A stretch of 64,000 nt of DNA from an uncultured Eubacteriales bacterium. GTDB lineage: Bacteria; Acidobacteriota; Aminicenantia; Aminicenantales; UBA8522. The stretch's first letter is position 1; every line of letters begins with the position of its first letter. The notes under the pieces are model-generated. The model ran no database searches. It was not told the DNA's origin and saw only the letters and a list, made by a program, of their open reading frames with translations. Location of the stretch: the NCBI GenBank assembly GCA_964576265.1, contig CAZNVB010000270.1, forward strand, positions 4,088 through 68,087, read 5' to 3'. Shown piece after piece: positions 37,245 through 47,590 of this stretch. A program made the position numbers and the translations under genes.

Positions 37245-40097
37245 ATGCTCTCCTTGACAAAACTCAAGTCCGTCCTTCTCCGACGGACGTTTTTCCTCGG
37301 CCTTGTGATCGGCCTCTTCTTGCCTGCGCTCGGGCAAGAAGCTCCAGAGCGAAAAAAGGAGATCATTCCGCTCGACCAAAAACTGGACATCGACCCCGAA
37401 CTCACCTTCGGGAAGCTGGCCAACGGTCTGACCTATTACATCCGCCAGAATCGTCGGCCGGAAAACCGCGCCGATCTTCGCCTGGTGGTCAACGCCGGCT
37501 CTGTGCTCGAGGATGACGATCAGCTCGGGCTGGCCCATTTCGTCGAACACATGGCCTTCAACGGCACGAAACATTTCGCCAAGCAAGAACTCGTTCATTT
37601 CATGGAGTCCATCGGCATGCGCTTCGGTCCGGAGCTCAATGCCTTTACCAGCTTCGACGAAACGGTCTACATCCTGGAGATTCCGACCGAAAAGCCGGAG
37701 ATCCTGAAGACCGCCTTTCAGATTCTCGAAGACTGGGCCCACGGGTTGTCTTTCGACCCGGAAGAAATCGAAAAGGAACGGGGAGTGATCATCGAGGAAT
37801 GGCGCCTGCGACGGGGAGCGAACGCCAGGCTGCAGGACAAGCAATTCCCGATTCTGTTTCGGGGATCCCGCTATGCCCGCCGACTCCCGATCGGCGACAT
37901 GAAGATCATCGAAACGTTCGACCACGAGGTGCTCAAACGCTTTTACCGCGACTGGTATCGGCCGGATTTAATGGCCGTCATCGCGGTGGGCGATTTCGAC
38001 CGGCAGGTGGTGGAAAAGCTCGTCCACGAACACTTCAGCCGTCTGGCCTCGCCGGCCGATCCCCGCCCCCGCACCTTCTATGAAGTTCCAGACCATGAGG
38101 AAATCCTCTTCGCCATCGCCCAGGACAGGGAGGCGACCGGGACGAATATTGCGCTTTACAACAAACTGCCCCTCCGAGATCAAAGCACAGCCGGGGCCTA
38201 CCGGCAGAGGCTTGTCGAACAGCTCCATCTCTCGATGCTCAACCAGCGGTTCTTTGAACTGACCCAGAAGCCCGACCCGCCCTTCCTCCGGGCCTTTTCC
38301 GGTCGGGGACAATTCATCCGCACCAAAGAAATCGCCTCGCTCGGCGCGATCGTTAAAGAGGAAGGCATTGAGCGCGGTCTGGAGGCTTTATTGATCGAGT
38401 CGGAACGGGCGGCCCGTTTCGGTTTCACGCCATCGGAGCTCGAACGCCAGAAGATCGATCTCCTCCGCTCCATGGAGCGCCTGTTCGCCGAAAAAGAAAA
38501 GTATGAATCGAGCACCTATGTGGAAGAATACACCCGGCATTTTCTGCACGGGGAGCCGATCCCGGGAATAGAAAAAGAATTCCGGCTGGTCCAGCAATTC
38601 CTCCCCGGCATCGCTCTCCAAGAAATCAACCGTCTGGCCCGCGAATGGATGACGACAAAGAATCGCGTTGTCCTGATCAGCGCGCCGGAAAAAGAGGGGT
38701 TGAGCGTCCCCCCGGAAAAGCGCCTTCTCGAAATCGTTCACCAGGCAGCCTCCCGAGAAATCGCTCCTTATAAAGACACCCCTGTGGAGAAGCCTCTCCT
38801 TCCGGCTCTCCCCGAGCCCGGAAAAATCATCCGCACCCAATACCTGGAGGAGATGAACATCACCGAATGGCAGCTCTCGAACGGCGTTCGCGTCGTCCTC
38901 AAGCCGACCGACTTCAAAGAGGACGAAATTCTCTTCCGCGCCTTTAGCCCGGGCGGAACATCCCTGGCCAAAGACGAAGACTTCATTGCTTCAAGTACGG
39001 CCGGCCAGGTGGTGGCCGCCGGTGGGCTGGGCGACTTCAGTGCCGTCGAACTGCGCAAAGCCCTGGCGGGGAAAGTCGCTTCGGTCATGCCTTTGATCGG
39101 CGAAATTGAGGAAGGCTTGAGGGGCAGCGCCTCGCCGAAAGACATCGAAACTCTTTTCCAGCTCATTTATCTCTCCTTCATCGCGCCGCGTTGCGATCCG
39201 ACGATGTTCGACGTCCTGACTTCGCAGTTGAAGGCCGTGCTGGCCAACCGGGCGGCCAGCCCGGAAATCGTCTTCATGGATACCCTGCAAACGGTTTTGA
39301 GCCAGAACCACTTTCGTGCCCGGCCGATGACGGCCGAGATCATCGCTGAGATGAACCTCGAAAAATCCTGCGCCTTCTATAAAGACCGCTTCGCCGACGC
39401 CAGCGATTTCACGTTCTTATTCGTGGGCAAGCTCGACCTTGAGGCGATGAAAACTCTGGCCGAGAAATATCTCGGCGCCCTCCCCTCCCTCAACCGAAAA
39501 GAAACATGGAAGAATGTCGGGATCAACCCCCCGACGGGTGTCGTCGAGAAAGAGGTCCGCAAAGGGATGGAGCCGAAAAGCCAGACGGCCATCGTTTTCA
39601 ACGGACCTTTCGGGTACGACCAAGCCCATCGCACGGCCATCCGGGCGCTCGGCTTGATCCTCGAGTCGAGGCTCAGGGAGATTGTCCGGGAGGAGTTGAG
39701 CGGAACCTACGGCGTCAACGTCCAGGCGAGCTATTCCAAGATCCCTGATGAGGAATACAGTTTGACGATCAGCTTCGGCTGCGACCCGGCACGGGTGGAG
39801 GAGCTGGTCAAAGCGATTTTTCAAGAGATCGAAGACCTGAAAGCCAAAGGATCTTCGGACAAGGACGTCCGCGACGCCCGAGAGGCCCTCTTCCGTGAAT
39901 ATGAGACGGGGATGAAAGACAACCGGTGGCTTCTGACACAAATTTACTCCAAATATCAGCTCCAGGAGGACCCGAGAGAGCTTCTGGCCTTCGAAAAATC
40001 TCTTCAGCCGCTGTCTCCGGAAATCATCCGGGAGGCCGCCCAGACGTATCTCAACACGAAAAACTATATCCGCGTAACACTCTATCCGGAAAAGTGA
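37245..40097 (+). CDS. secreted M16 family (pitrilysin/insulinase-like) zinc peptidase, two-lobed
   Basis: Start at MLSLTKL with an upstream GAGGT and a signal peptide. The inverted zinc motif HFVEHMAFNGT is present and two M16 halves are evident. Confidence 0.75.
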   Translation: MLSLTKLKSVLLRRTFFLGLVIGLFLPALGQEAPERKKEIIPLDQKLDIDPELTFGKLANGLTYYIRQNRRPENRADLRLVVNAGSVLEDDDQLGLAHFVEHMAFNGTKHFAKQELVHFMESIGMRFGPELNAFTSFDETVYILEIPTEKPEILKTAFQILEDWAHGLSFDPEEIEKERGVIIEEWRLRRGANARLQDKQFPILFRGSRYARRLPIGDMKIIETFDHEVLKRFYRDWYRPDLMAVIAVGDFDRQVVEKLVHEHFSRLASPADPRPRTFYEVPDHEEILFAIAQDREATGTNIALYNKLPLRDQSTAGAYRQRLVEQLHLSMLNQRFFELTQKPDPPFLRAFSGRGQFIRTKEIASLGAIVKEEGIERGLEALLIESERAARFGFTPSELERQKIDLLRSMERLFAEKEKYESSTYVEEYTRHFLHGEPIPGIEKEFRLVQQFLPGIALQEINRLAREWMTTKNRVVLISAPEKEGLSVPPEKRLLEIVHQAASREIAPYKDTPVEKPLLPALPEPGKIIRTQYLEEMNITEWQLSNGVRVVLKPTDFKEDEILFRAFSPGGTSLAKDEDFIASSTAGQVVAAGGLGDFSAVELRKALAGKVASVMPLIGEIEEGLRGSASPKDIETLFQLIYLSFIAPRCDPTMFDVLTSQLKAVLANRAASPEIVFMDTLQTVLSQNHFRARPMTAEIIAEMNLEKSCAFYKDRFADASDFTFLFVGKLDLEAMKTLAEKYLGALPSLNRKETWKNVGINPPTGVVEKEVRKGMEPKSQTAIVFNGPFGYDQAHRTAIRALGLILESRLREIVREELSGTYGVNVQASYSKIPDEEYSLTISFGCDPARVEELVKAIFQEIEDLKAKGSSDKDVRDAREALFREYETGMKDNRWLLTQIYSKYQLQEDPRELLAFEKSLQPLSPEIIREAAQTYLNTKNYIRVTLYPEK

Positions 40098-40214
40098 ATC
40101 CAGCCGAGAGCGGTGCCCTGGCTTTTTCGTTTTCCCCCGGCTCCACTCACTTGCGGTAGACGAGGCGTCAAAGCCGCCGGATTTTGCAAACCGGGCCGGA
40201 GGCTTTTCCCGCCC

Positions 40215-42371
40215 CTATTTAATTTGGGACCATGTGCCGTTGTTGTTGAGCCACACGCCTGACGGCCCGAAGTCTGCGATCAGCTCTCCGAAGCCGTCAC
40301 CGTCCGTGTCCGCAACCGCAAGATCATCCGCATTAAGGGCAGAATATTGCTGCCAGGACGAATTGCTTAGGAAAATCCACAAGCCGCTGCCCGCGAAATC
40401 ACCCGCGATGTCGCCAGATCCGTCGTTATTCAGATCCGAGGCGACCAGCCAATCAGCGTTCTGACCGCTCAGCTGGGTCCATGTGCCGCCGGTCAGCATC
40501 CACAAGCCGAGTGTGCCAAAGTCGGCGAAAATTTCCTCTCCGGCAACGGCATTCCCGTTGATAGCGACGACGCCCTCGGCGGAGAACGTGCTGAGCTGCG
40601 ACCACGTTCCTTCATCCCAGAGCCAAAGACCGGCTGTCCCAAAGCTGGCGATGAGCTCCTGACCGCCGAGGCCGTCGATATCGACCCGGGCAAGGAGATT
40701 CGCATCAAGGACGCTGAGCTGGGTCCAGGTCCCTCCGTTCCACAGCCAGAGGCCCAGGGAACCGAAGTCGACGGCGATTTCATCGGCACCGTCGCTGTCA
40801 AAATTCGCGCTGATCATCTCCTGGGCGTTGCCGCCGGTCAGCTGGAACCATGCTCCGTCTTTGTACCACCAGAGGCCGGTCGGTCCGAAATCCGCGATCA
40901 CCGCATCGCGTCCCGAAGCATCGAGGTCTCCGGCGGTCAATCCCTGAAGATGGATGCCCGCAATCTGGGCCCAGGCCCCGCCGTTCCATATCCAGAGTCC
41001 CAGGGAGCCGAAATCGGCGGCGATTTCATCGGCGCCATCGCCGTCTATTTCAACCGCCGACATTCCTTCCGGTTCTACCGGAGTCAGTTGGGCCCAGTTT
41101 GCGGAGGTTGAAATCCAGTACCATAGCCCCTGGGTGGCGAGATCGCCGACGATCTCCTCGCTCCCGTTTCCGTCGAGGTCCGCCCCCAGGTAAGATCGCC
41201 CCGCGGTATCGCTGATGATTTGAATACTGGTCGGAGTGGTGATCATCTCAGCCCGGTTGTCCCCGTCCATGTCCGCCAGGTCTCCGGCCCTGCCGCCATA
41301 GGAAGGCATGAGGATGGCGCTGTAAGCGCTGTTCCTGAACTCGACGACCATCGCCTCGCCATTCCTCATGACGAGGGCTTCGGGAAGGCCGTCCCGATCG
41401 ATGTCTCCGGCGTGGATATGGAAGGTTCCATTTCCTGCATCACAGAGTGTCGTCACGTTATATTGAGCGCCGTCGTGCTTGACCAGATAAACGGGATAGG
41501 TGGCCGAAGCGACGTTATACATTCCGGTGATGATTTCCTGTTTTCCATCGCCGTCAAAATCGGCCACGGCCGCGCCGCCCAGTCCCGAGGCAAAAGAGGT
41601 TAGAGTATTCTCAACGGAATACGCCGCGCCGTCATAGCCGATGATCATCAGCTTTCCAGGGGGATAATCCCAGGGGAGGGCGACCACAGCCTCGAGCTGT
41701 CCGTCATTGTCCGGGTCTCCGACGGCGATCTGGAGGACATTTCCCTTGGGAGCCGACCAGGCGAGGAGAAAGGTTCCGCTGCCGCTGTCATAGTTGAAGA
41801 CGCTGATCATGGCCCCCGCTCCGCTGCCGTCGACGATCAACTCATTCTGCCCGTCCCGGTCGATGTCGAAAATCGCCGCCGGCATATAGTTGCCGCCGAA
41901 ATACTGTTCGTGGACTTTTTGATAGGTCGCACCGTTCCAGCGGTACATATAGATCATGCCGGAGGAGCGGACGCTGATTAAAAATTCGTTCTGGCCGTCG
42001 TTATCGACGTCTCCTACGGCAGCGGCATGGACGACATCGCCTGCCGCATAGAGATTGTTCCATTCCTCAATATAGGTCGCCCCTTCTTTTCGGAAAACGT
42101 AAGCATAGTGGGAACTGTCGGTGCCGGCGACGATCCGGTTCACTCGGTCGTTCCGAAGATCCCCGGCCAGCGCCCGATAAAAGCTCGTCCCGACCGAAAT
42201 CGTGGCGTCGCTGACAAACCGATGGACTTCGGGCGGGCTGCCGGTCATCCCTTTCCCTTTACCGAAGCTCTCAGTCGCAGACAGAGGTCTCCATCTCAGG
42301 AAGCCGATGGAACCGGCCACAATGGCAAAAGAAAAGAAGAATAAAAGCCGCCGCGTTGAATTTTGCGTCAT
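40215..42371 (-). CDS. FG-GAP/VCBS repeat beta-propeller protein with C-terminal 41-aa tandem repeats
   Basis: It has a signal peptide, multiple DxDxDGxxE FG-GAP-like motifs and a C-terminal array of DFGxxGLWxWNGGxWxQL units. Confidence 0.6.
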   Translation of the reverse strand: MTQNSTRRLLFFFSFAIVAGSIGFLRWRPLSATESFGKGKGMTGSPPEVHRFVSDATISVGTSFYRALAGDLRNDRVNRIVAGTDSSHYAYVFRKEGATYIEEWNNLYAAGDVVHAAAVGDVDNDGQNEFLISVRSSGMIYMYRWNGATYQKVHEQYFGGNYMPAAIFDIDRDGQNELIVDGSGAGAMISVFNYDSGSGTFLLAWSAPKGNVLQIAVGDPDNDGQLEAVVALPWDYPPGKLMIIGYDGAAYSVENTLTSFASGLGGAAVADFDGDGKQEIITGMYNVASATYPVYLVKHDGAQYNVTTLCDAGNGTFHIHAGDIDRDGLPEALVMRNGEAMVVEFRNSAYSAILMPSYGGRAGDLADMDGDNRAEMITTPTSIQIISDTAGRSYLGADLDGNGSEEIVGDLATQGLWYWISTSANWAQLTPVEPEGMSAVEIDGDGADEIAADFGSLGLWIWNGGAWAQIAGIHLQGLTAGDLDASGRDAVIADFGPTGLWWYKDGAWFQLTGGNAQEMISANFDSDGADEIAVDFGSLGLWLWNGGTWTQLSVLDANLLARVDIDGLGGQELIASFGTAGLWLWDEGTWSQLSTFSAEGVVAINGNAVAGEEIFADFGTLGLWMLTGGTWTQLSGQNADWLVASDLNNDGSGDIAGDFAGSGLWIFLSNSSWQQYSALNADDLAVADTDGDGFGELIADFGPSGVWLNNNGTWSQIK
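40230..41210 (-). repeat. about 8 tandem copies of an approximately 123-bp coding repeat (DNA identity about 85% between units) inside the FG-GAP gene
   Basis: The segments 40721-40800 and 40963-41045 align closely, and the protein shows eight 41-aa units. Confidence 0.6.
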
Positions 42372-42529
42372 TTTTCCCTTCCTTTAGAATAGAGAGATTC
42401 CTTCCCACATCGACGAGGAGATCATATGATCCCAGCCGGAGATTGTCAAATCTTGATCACGAATGAAAAATGTCAGCGGGCAGAGAACCGAATTTTCAGC
42501 ACTTTATTCGTCATCGAGCCTGGGCCAAT

Positions 42530-42558
42530 TTGACATCGGCTCGGTCCGATTTGATAAT
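42530..42558 (+). promoter_or_regulatory. sigma70 promoter TTGACA, 17-nt spacer, GATAAT, with AGAGG RBS (42574-42578) before the TTG start of the flavoprotein gene
   Basis: Consensus -35 element, 17-nt spacer, good -10 element, and appropriate distance to the RBS and TTG start. Confidence 0.5.
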
Positions 42559-42585
42559 AGGGAAAATTGAATAAGAGGTACACCA

Positions 42586-44253
42586 TTGCTTAAAAAGAGA
42601 TACCCCAGAAGAGAGTTTCTGAAGGCTGCGCTGGCCGGTGTTCCCCTTCTGACGCACGATTGGAATTCTTTTCCCCGGGGCGACGGACGGCGAAATCCTG
42701 AAACGAGGAAAAACCAGGATGCCGATATATGGGATGCCGTCATCGTCGGCACCGGACTCGGTGGTCTGAGTTGCGCCGCGGCTTTTGCCCGGCAGGGCTT
42801 CAGGCCGCTCGTTCTGGAACAGCATTCGATCCCCGGGGGCTACGCCACGACATTCAAGAGACCGGGCGGTTTTGTTTTCGATGTTTCCCTTCACTCGACG
42901 ACGGTCGGGGAGAGAGACGGCCTTCCCAATCTGATCCCCGGCTTTCCGGAAATCAAGGATGTCGAGTTCGTTCCTCACAAATCCCTCTATCGGATCATTT
43001 TCCCCGAGCATGATCTTCGCGTTCCGCAGAAGGATGTGGAAGGCTATGTCGCCCTCCTGGTCGAGCTCTTTCCGCAAGAAAAGACGGGCATCGAAAGCCT
43101 CTTTCGGATGATGCGCGGCCTGGTCTCGGATCTCAACCGCTACCAGAACGCTCAGGGCAAAGTCGACATGGCCAGCTTCCCCAAAGAATTCCCTTATCTT
43201 CTCCAATGCTTCAACAGCACGTGGGGAAGCGTTCTTGGCTCTTATATCAAGGATCCCAAACTTAAGGGGATAATCTCCGGACTCTGGGGGTATTTCGGCC
43301 TGCCTCCTTCCAAGCTGGCGAGTATCTATTACATCCTGCCGTTAATGGGCTATCTTCAGGCAGGCGGATACTATCCCCGCGGGCGCTCGCAGAAAATCAG
43401 CGATGCGTTACGCGACTTCATCGAAGAACGGGGCGGCAAGGTTCTGCTGCGGACGCGGGTGGAGAAAATCCTGGCCAAAGATCACACGGCCTACGGCGTC
43501 AAGACGGTGGACGGCTGTGAGTATCTCGGCCGGGTTGTGGTCTCCAATGCCAACGCCTATGACACCGTCCGCAAAATGATGGATGAAGGCGAATTCCTGA
43601 AGGCCTACCTGGCGCGGATGGACACATTCACTACGAGTCTTTCCTCTTTTCAGGTGTTTCTCGGCCTCAAAAAGGATCTGGTCGGAGAGGTCGGCATCAA
43701 AGACACGGAAATTTTTTATGAAACGGGTTACGACATCGAAGAGGCCTACCATTATGCCCGGAACGGAGAGATCGAGAAAGGCGGGTTCGGCCTGACCCTC
43801 TACGACAATCTCTACAAAGGCTATTCTCCGGAAGGCAAGAACACCCTCTCGATCGTCACCCTTCAGGGATACGATCCGTGGAAAAAATACGAAACCGATT
43901 ATTTTGCTGGCCGGAAGGAGGCTTACCGGGTGGAGAAAGAGAGGCTGGCCGGCATCCTAATCAAGAAAGTTGAGGAGACGCTTCTGCCCGGGTTGAGCGA
44001 AGCGATCGAGGTCATGGAAATCGGAACGCCCTTGACCAACGTCCGCTATACGAGCAATTATCGCGGCGCCATATACGGCTGGGACCAGACTCTCGACAAC
44101 AGCGAGCCCAGGCGCCTGCCGCATAAGACGCCGATCAAAAACCTTTACCTCGCCGGCGCCTGGACAAGACCCGGAGGCGGATACAGCGCCGTCCTTTCGA
44201 GCGGGCTGCAGTGCTTCGCCGAGATCATGAAAGAGTGGCCGAAAAACGGATGA
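42586..44253 (+). CDS. Tat-exported NAD(P)/FAD-dependent oxidoreductase, CrtI/phytoene-desaturase-like amine-oxidase fold
   Basis: The Tat motif RREFLKAALAG is present. DAVIVGTGLGGLSCAAAFARQG matches the GxGxxG dinucleotide motif. Overall length and blocks are CrtI-like. Confidence 0.6.
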   Translation: MLKKRYPRREFLKAALAGVPLLTHDWNSFPRGDGRRNPETRKNQDADIWDAVIVGTGLGGLSCAAAFARQGFRPLVLEQHSIPGGYATTFKRPGGFVFDVSLHSTTVGERDGLPNLIPGFPEIKDVEFVPHKSLYRIIFPEHDLRVPQKDVEGYVALLVELFPQEKTGIESLFRMMRGLVSDLNRYQNAQGKVDMASFPKEFPYLLQCFNSTWGSVLGSYIKDPKLKGIISGLWGYFGLPPSKLASIYYILPLMGYLQAGGYYPRGRSQKISDALRDFIEERGGKVLLRTRVEKILAKDHTAYGVKTVDGCEYLGRVVVSNANAYDTVRKMMDEGEFLKAYLARMDTFTTSLSSFQVFLGLKKDLVGEVGIKDTEIFYETGYDIEEAYHYARNGEIEKGGFGLTLYDNLYKGYSPEGKNTLSIVTLQGYDPWKKYETDYFAGRKEAYRVEKERLAGILIKKVEETLLPGLSEAIEVMEIGTPLTNVRYTSNYRGAIYGWDQTLDNSEPRRLPHKTPIKNLYLAGAWTRPGGGYSAVLSSGLQCFAEIMKEWPKNG

Positions 44254-45797
44254 GAAGAAGCGGGATCGTCCCGAAACTCGCTCTGCTTCCCTTTCTCTTC
44301 ACGGCCGCCGTTTCCTTCTTAAGCCCGGCACGCTTGATTTCTCCGGAACCTCCGGCGATAACGGCAGCCATTTCTTCGGATAGATCAGAAGTTCTGTCAT
44401 CAGAGCCAGAGACCATCCCTCTCTCCCCGGTCCAGCTCAAGCAGCGGATTCAGACGATCCTGGGAAAACCGAATCTTGCCAAGGTCGTGTTTTCCGCCTC
44501 CATCGTAAATGGCGAGAGCGGCGAGATCGTCTATGAGAAAAACCCTCATCTCGGCCTCATCCCTGCCTCAAACATGAAAATCGTGACCACCGCTGCCGCG
44601 CTCGAATGCCTCGGACCGGAATTCGCTTTTATCACCCGAGTGGGATTGTGCGGCGAGAAGCTCATGGTCAAAGGAAGCGGCGACCCGCTTCTTGGAGACA
44701 AAGAAATCGACCTCAAGAATGGGCGCCGGGCCCAGCCCGTCATCCAGGAAATTGCCCGGCGGCTCAGAGACCTCGGCGTCTCCGAGATCACGGATATCGT
44801 TCTCGACACATCGATTTTCGACAGCCAGCGCGTTCATCCATCTTGGCCTCAGAACCAGCTTCACCAAAAATATGCCTGCGAAGTCAGCGGAATCAATTAT
44901 CACGGCAACTCCGTTGCTATCACCGCCGTCCATCGCCAGGGAAAAATCGTCCTGACGCTCGATCCGCCGACAGACTATCTCAGACTCAGGAATAGCCTGA
45001 CCATCTGGAAAAGCCGGGAAAGCTGGTTCAGCGTCAGCCGCACGGATGTGCCGAATGAACTTCTCATCCAGGGGAACTGCCGGACTGAGGCCGGTCCTTA
45101 CGCCGTGGCCGTCGAAAATCCGGCTCTCTTCTTCGGTCATTTGCTCCGGTCGGCTCTCGTCGAAGCGGGAATCGGGGTCGCGGGCGAAATCCTGGAACAG
45201 CGGATATCGGAAGAATGCGAGGTTCAGGAGGTCGCCGAATTCGCCACCCCCCTCAGCGAAGTGTTAAAGAGGACGAACAAGGACAGTTTCGGCCTGGCGG
45301 CAGAGGCGCTATTCAAAAGGATCTCCGTTCAATCCAACTCCGAAGGAGATCAGGGAAGTTGGCAAGGCGGAAGAAAGGTTGTTTTCAGCTACCTGACCAG
45401 TCTCGGGCTGAGCGAGCGTGAATTTGTGATCTCTGATGGCAGCGGCCTCAGCCGGGAAAACCGGCTCAGCGCCAATGTGTTGACCCGAATCCTGCTGCAC
45501 CTCGCCTCCGGTCCTGACTGGAATCTTTTCAAAAACTCGCTGGCCGTCGGCGGACTCGACGGCACGATCGAAAATCACTTCTGGGAGAAAGCCTATCGCG
45601 GCCGGGTGCTGGCCAAGTCCGGTTATATCCAGGCCGTTCGGGCCCTTTCCGGCGTGGCTCATACGGACAGCGGCGATTACTTGTTTTCTTTCCTGGCAAA
45701 CAAGGCGGGAAACGGTGCCCGCACGGCGATCGATCAAGCCGTCAAAGCGATTATCGATTGGGGCGCTCGGCCCTCACCGAGTCGCCGCCTTCCCTAA
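44250..45797 (+). CDS. dacB: D-alanyl-D-alanine carboxypeptidase/endopeptidase, PBP4 (S13, DacB-like)
   Basis: The start overlaps the upstream stop (ATGA). A signal peptide is present. The active-site motif ASNMK is present and the length and blocks are PBP4-like. Confidence 0.7.
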   Translation: MRRSGIVPKLALLPFLFTAAVSFLSPARLISPEPPAITAAISSDRSEVLSSEPETIPLSPVQLKQRIQTILGKPNLAKVVFSASIVNGESGEIVYEKNPHLGLIPASNMKIVTTAAALECLGPEFAFITRVGLCGEKLMVKGSGDPLLGDKEIDLKNGRRAQPVIQEIARRLRDLGVSEITDIVLDTSIFDSQRVHPSWPQNQLHQKYACEVSGINYHGNSVAITAVHRQGKIVLTLDPPTDYLRLRNSLTIWKSRESWFSVSRTDVPNELLIQGNCRTEAGPYAVAVENPALFFGHLLRSALVEAGIGVAGEILEQRISEECEVQEVAEFATPLSEVLKRTNKDSFGLAAEALFKRISVQSNSEGDQGSWQGGRKVVFSYLTSLGLSEREFVISDGSGLSRENRLSANVLTRILLHLASGPDWNLFKNSLAVGGLDGTIENHFWEKAYRGRVLAKSGYIQAVRALSGVAHTDSGDYLFSFLANKAGNGARTAIDQAVKAIIDWGARPSPSRRLP

Positions 45798-46039
45798 AGA
45801 CGATTTGCTATTCGGCAACCTTGAGGACATCGTATACTAATTTTGTCTCAGCACGGGGAATCGACAATAAGAGAAACATTTTTCCTTTTGCCGGCGTATT
45901 AGAAAGAGAGGTTATTTTTTGCTTTCCTGTCGAGAATTGGCATAAGATGTTCTAAGAAGGGTCTGATTTGTTTGCTTTGAAAGGACGGGATTTCATCCCG
46001 AAGAATAAAATATCCCATTCCCGGGAAAAAGGAGGATGA

Positions 46040-47584
46040 ATGGACCGCGACCAGCGCTTTCACCCGATGAACAGGAGGACCTTCTTGAGCAAAGGAATCC
46101 AGACCGGAGCGCTTGTCGTTTCGCTCCCGCTATGGCAACATTTCGGTGGCCAAGATCCCGGCCCGCTCCTGGCCGTCGAATCGGATCCGCCGGCGACTCT
46201 CGACCTGGAAACCTTTAGGAAGCTTCTTCAAATCTGTCTCAGCCGGGGGGGCGAGTTCGCTGAGATTTATTACGAGCGGACGGTCACGAACAGCATTTCC
46301 CTGGACGAGGACAAGATCTCATCGGCCACTCGGGGTCTGGACATGGGCGTCGGCTTCCGGGTCATCCAGGGAGAAAAAACGGGCTATGCCTACTCCGATG
46401 ATATCGATTTCGCCCGGCTGAAAGAGGCTGCAGAAACAGCCGCCCTCATCGCTTCGAGCGGCGCCAAACATGAACCGCAAAAATTCGTCCCCCTCTCCCC
46501 CCCTTCTTATTATCTTGTCAAGGTTCCTCCAGACACCATTGCCGCCAAAACCAAAGTCGAGCTGCTGACGAAGGCGAATGCGGTGGCCCGCGCTTTCGAC
46601 AAGCGAATCACTCAGGTCGGCGTCGGTTTTTCCGATACGACGAAAAAGATCCTCATCGTCAACTCCGAAGGTCTGAAAGTCGAAGATACCCAGACCCTCA
46701 GCCGATTCGGCGTCAATTGCGCCGCGCTCGAAGGCGAAAACCGAAGTATGGGTTACGAGTCGAAGGCCGGAACCTACGGGTTTGAGCATTTCGACGTCGC
46801 CTTGGCTGAAGATTTCGCCCGAAAGGCGGCCGAGATGGCCGTCCGGATGCTTCCGGCTGAAGATGCGCCGGCCGGAGAATTCCCGATCGTCATCGCCAAA
46901 GGGTACGGGGGGATCTTCTTCCATGAAGCGATCGGACACAGCCTGGAAGCCGACGGCATCAGAAAAAAGACGTCCTGCTTTCACGACAAGCTGGGGCAGT
47001 CCATCGCCAGCCCTCTCGTCAACCTCGCCGACGACGGAACCTATAAAGGAGCCTGGGGGGCCGTCAATGTCGACGACGAGGGCAGCGTCGGCAAAAAGAC
47101 GGTCCTGATCGAGAAAGGGCGATGCGCCGCTTTCCTCCAGGACCGGCTCAACGCCAAGCTGATGAAAATGACCCCGACGGGAAACGGCCGCCGCCAGTCC
47201 TATCAGCACCCTCCTATCCCGCGCATGACCAACACCTACCTTCTCCCCGGCGATTCTCTGCCCGAAGACATTGTCAAATCCGTCGAGAAAGGCCTCTACA
47301 TCGCCAAAATCGGAGGAGGCAATGTCCATCCGACCACCGGGCGCTTCGTCTTTTCGGTGCCTGAAGGCTACATGATTGAGGCCGGGAAAATCACCCGACC
47401 CCTCAAGGGGATCATGCTCATGGGCAGCGGCCAGGATGTGCTCAAAAAAATCTCCCTCGTCGGAAGCGACCTCCTGGTCATCGGCGGCGGTTCCTGCGGC
47501 AAGGGCGGCCAGTCGAAGCCCGTCGGGTTCGGAAATCCGACGCTCAAAGTCGATCAGATTACCGTGGGCGGGAAAAAAGCCTGA
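46040..47584 (+). CDS. tldD: TldD family metalloprotease with Tat signal
   Basis: AAGGAGG RBS, Tat motif NRRTFL, and the TldD HExxxH-like block FFHEAIGHSLE. Confidence 0.7.
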   Translation: MDRDQRFHPMNRRTFLSKGIQTGALVVSLPLWQHFGGQDPGPLLAVESDPPATLDLETFRKLLQICLSRGGEFAEIYYERTVTNSISLDEDKISSATRGLDMGVGFRVIQGEKTGYAYSDDIDFARLKEAAETAALIASSGAKHEPQKFVPLSPPSYYLVKVPPDTIAAKTKVELLTKANAVARAFDKRITQVGVGFSDTTKKILIVNSEGLKVEDTQTLSRFGVNCAALEGENRSMGYESKAGTYGFEHFDVALAEDFARKAAEMAVRMLPAEDAPAGEFPIVIAKGYGGIFFHEAIGHSLEADGIRKKTSCFHDKLGQSIASPLVNLADDGTYKGAWGAVNVDDEGSVGKKTVLIEKGRCAAFLQDRLNAKLMKMTPTGNGRRQSYQHPPIPRMTNTYLLPGDSLPEDIVKSVEKGLYIAKIGGGNVHPTTGRFVFSVPEGYMIEAGKITRPLKGIMLMGSGQDVLKKISLVGSDLLVIGGGSCGKGGQSKPVGFGNPTLKVDQITVGGKKA

Positions 47585-47590
47585 AGGAGA

